Below are positions 40,956 to 51,856 of a stretch of 64,000 nt of DNA, piece after piece. Numbering within the stretch: position 1 is the first letter of the stretch; each line of letters opens with the position of its first letter. The stretch spans positions 33,170,001-33,234,000 of the forward strand of contig CM114271.1 of assembly GCA_050084515.1 (NCBI GenBank), written 5' to 3'. The notes under the pieces were generated by a model. It was not told where the DNA came from and searched no databases. It worked only from the letters and a program-made list of their open reading frames with translations. Source of the DNA: Blasia pusilla (taxonomy: Eukaryota). The translations under genes were made by a program, and so were the position numbers.

Positions 40956-41920
40956 CTAAGCCACTCCCAAGCTAAAGATCCATGTCAAGCAGTTTAGGTC
41001 CATCGCCTCACCCAAGACATGGCGTCGTGATGCCTCTGATACTGACGGGACTTCCGTCACTCCTGTGGGAAATCCCATCGCTCGCTTGCTCTCGTCGGCA
41101 TTGGGCTCCACCAACCGCTGAACTTGGTCATCCCAAACCAAGCCAGGACCGGCCTCCTTGTATGCATAGGAAGCGAAGAAACTCACAAACGTGGGCAAGG
41201 CTGCCCGCGGCCTGCCTACTCTGTTGACCATAGTCAACGGTGGTCGATCATCGTGCGTCATTGCTTATGATTGACGACCTGGATCCAGAATGGAATCCAC
41301 TAACAAATGGGAGCGGCGCTCCACTCTCGCATACGCCCTCCATAACACCGCATGGGGCACCAAGTTGGTCCACCATAGACGCGGGCGATGGGCTCTAGAA
41401 CCTACACTCGCCGCATCTAAGAACACTGTTGGGCTGATCCAGGCACGCACCTGATGAGCACTCGTTACCACCCGTGATATGGAGTCTCCTAAGATCGGCA
41501 CATTCTCGAGAATGTAGGCTGGAGAACAAGATTGGTGCTCCTGCAACTGCCGTAAGACCCTCAAAATCTCCCAAAACAATCTGGACCGAGTGTCAGCCAA
41601 CCCGCTACCTCGTCCAACACTCAATTGGCCCTCACATGGCCAATCGGAAATGACCAAATCAATGGTCCCTACCCGCTCTAAGTCCTGCGCCCCCAACAAG
41701 GAAATATCCTCGGTGAGGGAAACTGGTACCTCAGATCGCTGGACGCAAATAATAAGTCGGGAAAACAGAGGCGTAACTGCGCCACATGTCGTAGTGAGAC
41801 GCGCCTCGCAACATCATCACTCTCCACATATAGGTACCGTTGTACTTGCACTCCTGCTTGCAAAACAGCAGCTAACCCGGTGTTAATCCCTCCAAAGAGA
41901 TCTAACACTCGAATACCCTC
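40956..41920 (-). pseudogene. C5 cytosine DNA methyltransferase domain, DNMT3-like, embedded in pol
   Basis: Motif I IRVLDLFGGI; motif II YVESD; motif IV DLVISDWPC; motif VI YILENV; motif VIII AHRPRLWWTNL (cf. DNMT3 AHRARYFWGNL); motifs IX/X ESKRAMGFPTGVT...RRHVLGEAM (cf. ERxFGFPxHYT...RQRLLGRSW). One frameshift near 41700 and a stop near 41265. Confidence 0.92.
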
Positions 41921-42326
41921 CTCCGGGATACACCACACAATGGGTGTGGTATCCAAGGGTGTCATCGTAGCACTCCCTGCTACCTCCGGCTTCTCAGACC
42001 CATCCCGCTCCGGTGCAAACGCTTCGCTCCACGCGGTCTGCACGTTCTCATCTGCCAATCGTCGAAGTTTCTCAATCGAGCCCCACGACGACACCTCTCC
42101 TCCACGGAATGATGTAGCTACCATAATACTCCTCTCCATAGAAATGTCAGGAACAAGAGTATCCTCTGCATGGACATGTCCCTCAATCAAATCACTAGGC
42201 CAAGTGATGGCATTGCTAAATGCTGCTAAGGTCGCCATCTCTTCTGGACGTTGCTCGATCACTGCACCTGTGAATCGAACGGGAAATGAGCTAAGGCGCC
42301 CATCACCTGACTGCCTCTAAATGCTG

Positions 42327-42660
42327 CTAAGGTCGCCATCTATAGGATGCTAACTCCTCCCGGTAATCCAGCAAAAACCCCATCCGGTATAACATTGCTC
42401 CACCAACCAAGACGTCGTAGGACTCTGCATCAATCACTATTGCCTTGACGCGCACCACGGACTCATCTCTAGGATGTCCCGGGCGAATCCTGACCACGAC
42501 CTCATGTCGGGTGATATACTGTGTGGTACTCGCTCCACCCAAGGATGTCTGTATCCGGAATGGAAAACACTCCACGTCGGCTCTCGTCAAGCCCAATCCT
42601 CTGAATGACGCCTTCCCCAACATCAGGGGTTGTGCTCCTGAATCCAACAAGACGTGCTAC
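42327..42660 (-). pseudogene. Retroelement aspartic protease
   Basis: VLLDSGAQPLMLG active site; YDVLVGG at the C-terminal (ILG-like) position. Confidence 0.85.
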
Positions 42661-43559
42661 GGACTAAAAGCTCTACCTCCGAGACTCACCAACTGGAATA
42701 CCTCTCCTCGGTTATCCAGCTACACAACACTAGGAGAAGCCATGGCACGCTCTATCGCGGGTCTAGCGGGCATCTCCGCCATCCTAGCAGCCGCAGCCTG
42801 CCATGTATCTGACGTGGACGGCCCGAGCATTCGCTCCAAGGGCAGGTCCATCACCTCCTCTGCAATCACCTCTAAACGTGATGCAAGAACTCCAACTCTG
42901 CGCTCACATAGTGAAGCGGCCAGCCAAAAAGCCTCGGCGGGCGTGCCCCCCAACGTCATAACATCGGAAGCAGAAAATAAAGGAGTGTGGTACACAACAG
43001 TGGCCGCCCCCAACAACGTGCTCGACACATGCCCCTCCTGAGCATCAGCAATAGGAGTCGTCATACTTGCTTCTCCCATTTCCCTTCGTGCCTGCACACC
43101 AACAACATCACCAGCTCTCCAAGGACTCTGATCAGGACCCATCGATGGGGTCCTCATCGCCTCAGACAACGTTAAAGACTGAGGAAACCTAGTCTGTTTC
43201 ATGGCTTCCCCTCGCTGTGGATCCAACTCTACGGCTGCTCCACGCATCACAACTGCGGCGGCCTCCATCTGGGCAATCCTGCACATCCAACTAGGATCCT
43301 CTAGATCTCTGGCTGCTCCATATGATGTCGATGCCACGGATCCGACATCTGATAACCTCAATGCCATAGCGGCAATCTGCTCCTGTAGTTGCTATATCTG
43401 AGCAACCATCCCTGCCTCACGTCCGGCGTCCCCCTTGGTGTGTCTAGGTGGTAGTACTCTACCTCCTCCACGGGCAGCTCCACCAACTTGTCGGGCAACT
43501 CCAGCTCCTCATCCCCCAACGGGACCACTTGGTGCACGATCTCTAGGCTCACCTAGACC

Positions 43560-44830
43560 GGCTACTTGCCCTGGTGCCCTCTCTAGCTCTTGGTCTAGAC
43601 TTTACTCAGGATGTAAACTGAAACACCTAGCGCGTATATGACCATACCTCTGACAATAGTCACACTGATAACCTCCTGGTGCAGCACCATCTCCTCCTCC
43701 CGGTTGAGGCGCACGTCCATTATTCTGACGAGTGCAATGGCGCTAATAATAGGCTCCACCACATGACCAACAAGTAATAGTAGGCGGCTGTTGTTGAGCC
43801 ACATATGAAGGCGGAGGTCTCTGTGCCAAGGGCTCCCGTTGTCCTCCCTGAGCTCGTGGTGCCACAGTTGACCTATCTCGGAGTCCACGTTGTTGCACAG
43901 GTGGTGCAGCCAATCGTGATAGCTCTCACCCAGAACCCATGGTGGCTACGCTCTCCTCCGCCATGTTGCTCTCAATGTTCTCGGTGGTCCTAAAAACATC
44001 TCTCAACGTAGGGGAGGTGGTCATAAGAAGCACCCCCTCCCGCACCCGTGGCTGTAGGGTCTAGTCCAACATCGTGTACCATGACTAGATAGCCTGAGCC
44101 TCTGTCACCCCCTGAGTGACGTTGATCAACCAGCGCAAGCGGGTGTAAGCCTCACGTAAACTCTCACCCGAGCGCCTCTGGAAGTTGTGGATGCTCCGCA
44201 ACTTTTCCGTCCGTACCCCTTGGTAGCTCGCCCTCAACTCAGCAAAGAACTCAACCACGGGGTTGAACCTGGGACAAACCCAACTAGATGGTGCAACTGC
44301 TCCAGTGTGAGTGACCCCTCCTAAAACATCACTAGTGGAAGAGGAAGTAGCCTCTCCTGACTCCTCCTCCTCATCTGGGAAGGGCTCCGTCCATGACACA
44401 TAGTGGGGGTCGTAGTAGAGTCGCCATGCCTCAATCTCCTGGGCATATCTGTGGGAGAACTCATGGTAATCGTCCATGGGTGCCCCCTCTAAATGCTGAA
44501 ACATACCGTTCCATGCTGTAAACGGGTTGAACTCTCTAGAGTTCCTGGCCCGTTGGGAGTTGCACCAACTCCTAAACTCTGCTATGAAATCCTGCAACTC
44601 AATCGTACCTACTGCACCTGAAAACCTACACGGTCCTCTACCCTGGTCGCCCATCTCGTACGCCCAATTGGTAGGACCACTCACAATGTGTGGCAATGTG
44701 CTCACAAAATCCTCTACACCCTCCCCCTTGTCTGACGATGACACAGAAGGAGGTCGAGGTGGTCCCTGAAGTGAAGACCCTCGGAACCTCACGCCACTCC
44801 GCGTAAAACCTGTAGAGCTACTCTCGGGTT
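43560..44830 (-). pseudogene. Gag-like region with two Zn knuckles
   Basis: Retrotrans-gag-like FSGAVG..LQDFI..F ... FQRRSGESLREAYTRL. Zn knuckles CWSCGG...RHC (degenerate, about 43735-43775) and CDYCQRYGHIRARC (about 43620-43665). Confidence 0.8.
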
Positions 44831-46465
44831 CACCACCTCGCCTCTCAAAGTCCCGACTGAACGCGGTGATGACCCTTGTGCCCTTCTCACCCGATCACTC
44901 TTGCCTCGCGAGTAATCCCTCAATCACTCATCCCAAACATGCGGCACTCGATCTACACTCTTCCTTCCCGAGACATGTAACGTGCGGAAATTAGCGGCGT
45001 GGTGGGGCAAATCGACCAGGCTATCATTTCATCGATAACCTACCCTCAACTCCGGATATCCCACACATGTCTATGTCCCCTAAATCACTACATAAATGAT
45101 GCTCTCAGCATCCACACACCCAATATCCCCAAATAAACTATCCAAATCCCAGAATCCCTCACACGTGCAGGGTAAAGGACCGGAATGGGTAACATGAACA
45201 CATGTCAATGTCGCTCCTCAACAACTGCAAATCTCGACCCCAACTCGGTCGTGGAGATAACTCCTCCAATCAGCAAGTCATACTCCTCCCGGACTGACGT
45301 TGCTCAAAACTCCTCGATAGACGGTGTGGTTCCAACGGAACGGTGTTGCGTTGCAGGTGGCACGGAACGGCTACTAACGGCATGCCCTCGATGATGGGAT
45401 GCGGCACTCAGCGGCTTACCCTCCTCAATCAACAATAAACCCCCACTCTGCTCCACAATGCCGGAGTGGCTCCGTGATCGAGACGGTGTGGTGCGGCCAC
45501 GAGCGACACGGCACGGCAAACGGCGGCGCGTTGCGACTACGGGCGTCACAGTACGGTACCTGATCGTCGTTGAGCGGCTACCAATCACAACATAGCAGTA
45601 TGAAATCAAAACTCAAACACTATAACAGGAGGTCATATGCCATCACAAGTTGATGACGGTGGCGGCCAAAACAAAGTACGTGATGGCAACGCAAGTCCGA
45701 GAATCAACGAACGTTGTGGCAGACCCTCCACTCCGTAAGGGCAGAAATGGCAACCAAGGGTGGACAACGGACGATGGACCATTGACGGTGACGGTTGACC
45801 GTTGCTGGTGACGGCTGAAGAGTGATGATGATGGTTTACCATTGATGGTTGACGGTGACTACGACGGCGACGGCCGCCGCCGGTGTGGCGGCTGGTTGAG
45901 GGTTTGCACAATTTAACCCTAAAAATCGCCTAGGAATGGCAGTTTTGCAAGATTATTCATAAATTTTTGCTCGCAACTCCAAGTTGCACACTGTTTATTG
46001 CACAACGTGAAATAAATAGCGTGCACAGCTTCACAATCTACGCCAAAATCAAAAAATATTTAGAATCAAACATTCCAGTAAAAACTGACGGGGACTGTGG
46101 TAAAGCCCAATGTCTCTTTATCCTACACAAAATTCGGCAGCGATTCCGCGATAATTCCTCCCAAAAAAATACAACCTGTAAAAATGCAAATCAGCAAGCA
46201 ACATGGTGCTCCCAAAAGTACCGGCACGGGGCATCCCGCCCCCATACTCAATCCCTATCAGAAATTGGATAGTGCTTCCGTGCGCCACTCTTCCACACGA
46301 AAAATCGGCAAATGCAAAGAACAATCCGAGCAACCCTTGCTCCGATGAGCACTCCCATGAGCCGTTGAACGGGGAACACGGTCCCTAACCTGAAAAAACA
46401 GCGAGTGACCAGCGAGCTCCCCCATGAAGCTCTCTCACTCTCTCATTTTCTCATTCTCTCTTTCT

Positions 46466-46481
46466 CTCATTCTCTCTTTGT
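46466..46481 (-). promoter_or_regulatory. Self-priming primer-binding site (ACAAAGAGAGAATGAG)
   Basis: Occupies the PBS position at the end of A1 and is the exact reverse complement of 46642-46657 inside A1. Confidence 0.7.
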
Positions 46482-46987
46482 AAAGTAAGATCCAATGTCT
46501 CTCTACACAATCTCACACCATAGCTCTCAAAGGTGTGCACTCTCTCTCATGTCAAACCAAACCCATTCTCCTAATGAAAGGTTTGGGTTACACTCACAAG
46601 GCAAGGGACCATAACTCCGCCGCCTCATGCCAAGAGGTTCAACAAAGAGAGAATGAGCTCTCAAGCTCTCTCTCCTTGGGATATATACCCCTCCCCTCTC
46701 CCAAGCTCTCTCCATGGTAACCTATTCTCCCAAGTCACCTCCTTGGCTCTTGACCTGATGTAGGAGGTCAAGGGTCACTTACCAAAAATAGAAAGTTGAT
46801 CATATACTCAAAATGGTAGTTATCTAAAATAGTAAGTTCCTCAATATGGCTCCAAATGAGCCAAAATGAACCTGCTCTCTCAAGTTTCGGGGCCTCAACA
46901 GGTCTTCCTCGACCTCCTAGGCCTATCCTCCACTACTCTTGAAGACGCTCTACTAGATCTCACCGATCTATCCTAAAGGACGTAACA
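46481..46987 (-). repeat. Split repeat A1 (507 bp), 5' terminus, with TATA box TATATAT at 46681-46687
   Basis: Starts TGTTACG on the minus strand. Direct copy of 36739-37247. Confidence 0.95.
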
Positions 46988-48500
46988 TCTCCTTGGAGAA
47001 AACTTGATATAATAATCAAGGCAACCAAAGCTCAACTTCTCTAAAAAGTTTTTGGTATAAATGTTACTTTTGAAAAACAGCCCTATATCTCCAAAATAAA
47101 TAGGCAATATTGCTTGTTATGAAACCAAAACACTATCATCTCCCTCAAATACATTCAAACTAGAAGTTAACCCAAGTCCTCATAATAAATTTATCGAAAA
47201 AAAGCCAACCAATCTAAGAAATTTGAAGTGGGAGGACAAGTACAAAGAAGGTAAGCCAATCATTGTAGAAGACATTAGAAGAGAATCCCATAAGCCAATT
47301 GGGTATCCCTAAGACGAGGTAACAATTGAAGTTATTCTATGTCTTTTAAAAGGGCCTCGTCCAAGAACTTAGATACATAGTCTATGAAGCCAATTATGAC
47401 AGTAGGAACTCAAATCTCTCCGATATAAGTGATAAAATCTGGATTAGATGGGATGAATGTTGAGGGAAAACATGAAGGAAACCATACCTAACATCTTCTA
47501 GGTTGGAATTTAAATCTAACATCGAGAGTTGCTCCATAAAATAGGTATAAGGAGGAACTTCACAAGAAAGACCTTCAATAAAAGTAATATCAACAATAGA
47601 AAGGAAGAGACAAGATGAAAATGCTTGGGTTGATACTTGGATGACAGTAAAATATGCAAAAGCAAAAATTGGACCACCCATGAATCACCATAATATGTGC
47701 CATATATTAATTATCTATTTCTCAAATATGACCACACAAAAAATGAAATTGGATACGTCAAGCACATTGACTTGAATCAATACCTAATCTAGATGAACAT
47801 AAATAGTAGAGCATATCCCATAAACGACTACCTCGCAACCACTAAGGATGGCCACTCCAAATTAATGAGGAAATATATAGACACTAAATTGAGGATGAAA
47901 TAGCAAGTAGAGGGATTACTCAACTAACAAGTATTAAACCTCTCCAATAGCCAAGGGGAAAACATCAAAAGGAAGCTTGGACATAGCTAATAAACAACAA
48001 GCCTCCAAGAGCCTAGAGATAGAGAACAGTAGACAATATGTCATAATATGTGCATACTTATTATATAGAGAGCTAAACCCACCTCTCAAATCTATGGGGG
48101 TAGAAAAAAGCATGAAGAAGCTCAAAAACCATGCATAGTAGTTAATCCATTGCTAAGCAAGAAATATGAAGAAACACCATCGTGAAAATCTCCAAGACAA
48201 GTTCTAAGTCAAGATCTCTTGCACAGTCTTCCATGAAAGATAGTACATTATCACTTACAAGAGGATGAAGAACTTCTAAGAGTGTCAATATATTTGCACT
48301 TGGAACCACCTGAGATATATGTCTCAATACTCAAGTCGCATGTGAAAACTCACCAACTTCCCCCCAAAGGAGGCTATGTTAGAGAGGTTGTATTGAAGGC
48401 CTTCTATGATTGGCACGTTGAGTGGAGTGAGCCATTGCTAACAGCTCTGTTTGAAAGTAGATGTATTTTCTAAAGACTCTCCCAATCCCCAAACATAAAA
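46988..48500 (-). mobile_element. RT part of a decayed CRE-like non-LTR retrotransposon
   Basis: LLAMSKLPFDVFPLAIGEV (cf. LLAxxKxxGGIRPIAVGE); H*FGVAILSGCEVVVYG (cf. QFGVxxxGGCExxVH); GGPIFAFAY...SCLFLSIVDITFI (cf. PLFAL...ADDTHI). Confidence 0.75.
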
Positions 48501-49501
48501 TGTTGAATATGGAACCAGGTTTCATAATGACTTTTCATATTTTCCCATGGACGTAGAATTGAACTTCATAGGGACGAGTAATAAGAGCTACCGAGCATTG
48601 ACATTTGTGGGATCATATGCTAACCTTTTTAATAGGAACAATAATACTTGTGAGGTGATGGGATGAGAAGTAATAAAATGTGTGAGAGTCTAATGCGAGG
48701 GAGAGAGGAATCAAAAGAGTGAAGAAAATTCATTTGGCATGAACATGTCCGAATGATTGTTGTAGGGATTGTAGTAGGAGTTGGTGTCGGGTTAGAGATT
48801 GAAGATCCATGGGGTCAACATCACCCCTACTATCTTTTGATCCCCATATGAGCTAACTCTTTACCACAAATTAATTTTACACAAGGAACACGCACCATAA
48901 AAAAAGTAGAGAAAATAGAAAACCCACTTGGTATGAAAAGCCAACTTACCAAGACAATTGAAAAAAGACCAAACTCTCTAAGCAATTGGAAAAAGACCAA
49001 ACTCCCCCAATCGATACTCTAGAAGAAAAAAACAATGGAAATTGGAAATAAAGTAAAAGAGGATGAAAAGAGAAAATGGAAGACGCTCATCTATAACTCA
49101 TGTAAAACTCAAGATCATAATATTAGGCTCAACACGTAACAACCTATTGAAAAAAACAAGGAGAACCTTTTCGTCCAACTCCAACCACCAATTAATACAT
49201 AAAATTACAAGCAAATTTATATATGAAATTATGAAAAAAATCTATAAACATATTCATGAAAGGAAGATGTCTGAAAAATCCCAAGAACACTAGAAAAGAG
49301 AAAGGTCCAAAATTCAAACTTCAGAAGTTCTACTAGTTAAATCTAAGACTGAAGAAGACTATTAACGATCCTCCATGTCTTGTTCTCGTCCTCATGCAAC
49401 CCCCCCAACCCTGCGTCCTCTTCAAATTCATTGTTTAACTCATTGTTTCCCCATGATCACCTTTATGACTCCGTGCAAGACTGACCTGCCGACTGTAAGT
49501 A

Positions 49502-49900
49502 CTAGTAAGGTGCCCGTACGATGCACGCGAAAGAAAAAATTGTTTGAAGAGCTAGTGTATAACCCGTGAAGGGAAGAGATTGATGATGTTACACGAATTC
49601 AAATTTGTTCTTGCTGCCCATAACATATGGCACAAATTCTTGTTGCCCAATGATCACGTGTCAAGCGTAGAGGTGTTTGCAAATCAAAAAGACACTCTCC
49701 CATAAGAATATAGATGAAATCATCGTGCGATGCACATGAAATAAAAAAATGTGTGAAGAGCAAATATTTAGGACATTAAAGGAAGAGATGAATAATATTG
49801 CACATACATTTAAATTGTTTCTTAATGCCCATAACATATGAAACGTTTTCTTGTCACCCAATTACCATTTGTCAAGCATTCCGGTGTTTGCAAATCCAAA
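49502..49900 (-). mobile_element. Helitron-like 3' end with internal direct repeats
   Basis: Minus strand ...CGTGCATCGTACGGGCACCTTACTAG|T (hairpin then CTAG). Internal repeats at about 49615-49690 and 49827-49900; a related inverted piece lies near 20275-20320. The 5' end was not located. Confidence 0.5.
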
Positions 49901-50872
49901 GTCCAATGCTTCATTTTCTCGAATAGTTTTCATCCTAAACTAATCCCGGTGGTGAGCGTTCCATGGATCTGCTTATCGGCCGCAACCACTAAAAGAGCTG
50001 CCTGCATATCTATTCCACCTTCTGGACAGAAGAGGGATTATGTATCTGCAACCCGCAAGTCTCACTCGTTTTCTAACCACGTTACAGCTGCAGAGGAAGA
50101 TCTTCTCTCACCGAAAGCAATGAACCTGCAGTTCACGCAATGACGATCAGGAAAATGTGGATGATCCCTGCAGCCACATTACAACCGGCTAATTGATCGT
50201 CTTGAGCTCCCGTGGAGCAGGGACTCGTTGATTTCATGTCGAGGAACGGGTGGAAAAACTGCAGAAGCCTCCGACCTCTCTCCAAAACTAAAGAATGACG
50301 AACTCCTTCGAATTCGTCAAACTTCTGTGGCCCATTGCTGTACTTTGCCTTTGATTGCTGTGGACCAGTGACTCGTCTCTAGCTGTCTAGAATCATCCGC
50401 TCCTGCACAAATCACGTGCAGTTGCGCCCATGTACACACGTGTTCTCATCCGCCTAACCCGTCAAGAGAGTGCGGACGAGCACAAAGGACATTCGAAGGT
50501 GAGGAATTCACTCCAAACGCTGAGCTCCGGTCTGAATCTCAGGCAGACAGGTCGGTGGCCGTACAGTTAATTTTGCCCGGGTCGGTTTTTTGGACGGGTG
50601 TCATCTTCTTATTTAAAGATTTTTTATTTCACAAATCCCACGGGTGCTTTAGAAATTTAAGAACGAAAACTCGGAAATATGCAAAATTGGTTGCGGTGCT
50701 AGCCGGAGGCTTCGGAGTGGCAGTGAAGCACCGGAAGGTTGTGCGGATGTCGAGAGCCACCGGAGATCGATGCATTGGTTTCTCGAGGGTGGCAGCTGAC
50801 ATCCTTCCTTCCCGCTCCTGATGCTTGAAAATCGAGCACTTTCACAATCTTGTTCTCGGTTCCCGCTCGAAC

Positions 50873-51856
50873 TTAGGCGGAATTGGTCTGCAGGAATTCT
50901 TCAATCGCAGCACGCCCATCGCTCACCAACGTGCTGAGCACCTTCTCCCCACCGTAATCGATATCATAGCGCGTGCTCTGCACCAGCGTATTGTTGACAA
51001 ACACGTCCGAGAACTTGAACAGATGGTTGGGATGGTAGACCTGCGTGATCCAATCATCCGAGAACCAGTTGCGGAAGAGAGGCGGGTAGAAATGCTTGAA
51101 TATGTCCAAATGCACCCGAGACACGAAGCTCTGCGTTAGCAACAGCTTCTGCAGATTCCCGCGGTCGCAAGGCCCTGCCACTCCCAACCCTGGGAACCGC
51201 CGATTAGACCCGAGCGCCTCCACAAACCTCATCGTCCAATTCTTCGTCACAAACCTCACATCGTCATTCACTTGATACAAATAATCCGCGTCGTCGCGGT
51301 ACGCCGCTCTCGCCAGCCGATTCCACGCCCACACGGGCTTCCCTCGCGTGCCATTGTACCTGAACACCTTCAACGAAAGATTGTAACCGCGCACCCGTTT
51401 GTCGAAGGCATTACGGAGGTGACGCATGTTTATCGAATTGTCATAAATGGGATCATCCACATCGTAACCGAAGTAGATGGAATACACAAACTTGGAGTCG
51501 CGCTTGCGTGGTTCGATGGTCTCCAACAGCGAGGGCAAACACTCTTTCAAAAACGGCACCTGATGGACGCTCTTCTCAAAGCCCGCGCGAGCTGCAACCA
51601 GGAGCCCGATGCTCATCAAGTCTTGCTTCATGCGCACTTCCGAAGTAGAGCCGTTGTTCGCGACTCCGCCAATCAGCCGCAGTGCGCGGCGAGACGTCAC
51701 TGCTGTACGATGCCCGCCGAACAAGGCCAGACCCTCGCTGCGGAACTGTACCAACAGCATCTGCGCGAGGACTACGAGTGACAGCAGAATGCACACGAAC
51801 AGCACAACTCTCCGCCATCGCCCCAGCGCCACGCTCTGCCTCCTCAGCTCCACCAT
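50873..51856 (-). CDS. Type II membrane glycosyltransferase-like protein (GT-A fold, 327 aa)
   Basis: Uninterrupted CpG-rich ORF from the ATG at 51856. Basic N-terminal tail, single TM (VVLFVCILLSLVVLAQMLLV), stem, then YFGYDVDD, AWNRLA..AY..ADYLYQVNDD (DxD-like) and NWFSDDWI motifs. Confidence 0.8.
   Translation of the reverse strand: MVELRRQSVALGRWRRVVLFVCILLSLVVLAQMLLVQFRSEGLALFGGHRTAVTSRRALRLIGGVANNGSTSEVRMKQDLMSIGLLVAARAGFEKSVHQVPFLKECLPSLLETIEPRKRDSKFVYSIYFGYDVDDPIYDNSINMRHLRNAFDKRVRGYNLSLKVFRYNGTRGKPVWAWNRLARAAYRDDADYLYQVNDDVRFVTKNWTMRFVEALGSNRRFPGLGVAGPCDRGNLQKLLLTQSFVSRVHLDIFKHFYPPLFRNWFSDDWITQVYHPNHLFKFSDVFVNNTLVQSTRYDIDYGGEKVLSTLVSDGRAAIEEFLQTNSA

Larger units (their letters stand above)
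36612..46987 (-). mobile_element. Ty3/Gypsy retrotransposon carrying a DNMT3-like methyltransferase and PHD finger, with split direct repeats
   Basis: Domain order gag-PR-DNMT-RT-RH-INT-PHD. Repeats A1 46481-46987, B1 37250-37377, A2 36739-37247, B2 36612-36739. TCTC on both flanks (36608-36611, 46988-46991). Several stops and frameshifts. Confidence 0.93.

Noticed and set aside
36739-46987. Reading the element as a normal two-LTR element bounded by A1 and A2 only
   Set aside because: There is no TSD at those boundaries, A2 lacks a terminal CA and an upstream PPT, and the duplicated B block would be unexplained.
36612-46987. DIRS/PAT/Ngaro tyrosine-recombinase element
   Set aside because: A protease and an HHCC/DDE integrase are present, the RT is Gypsy-type, no recombinase motifs were seen, and the methyltransferase is C5 rather than Dam-like.
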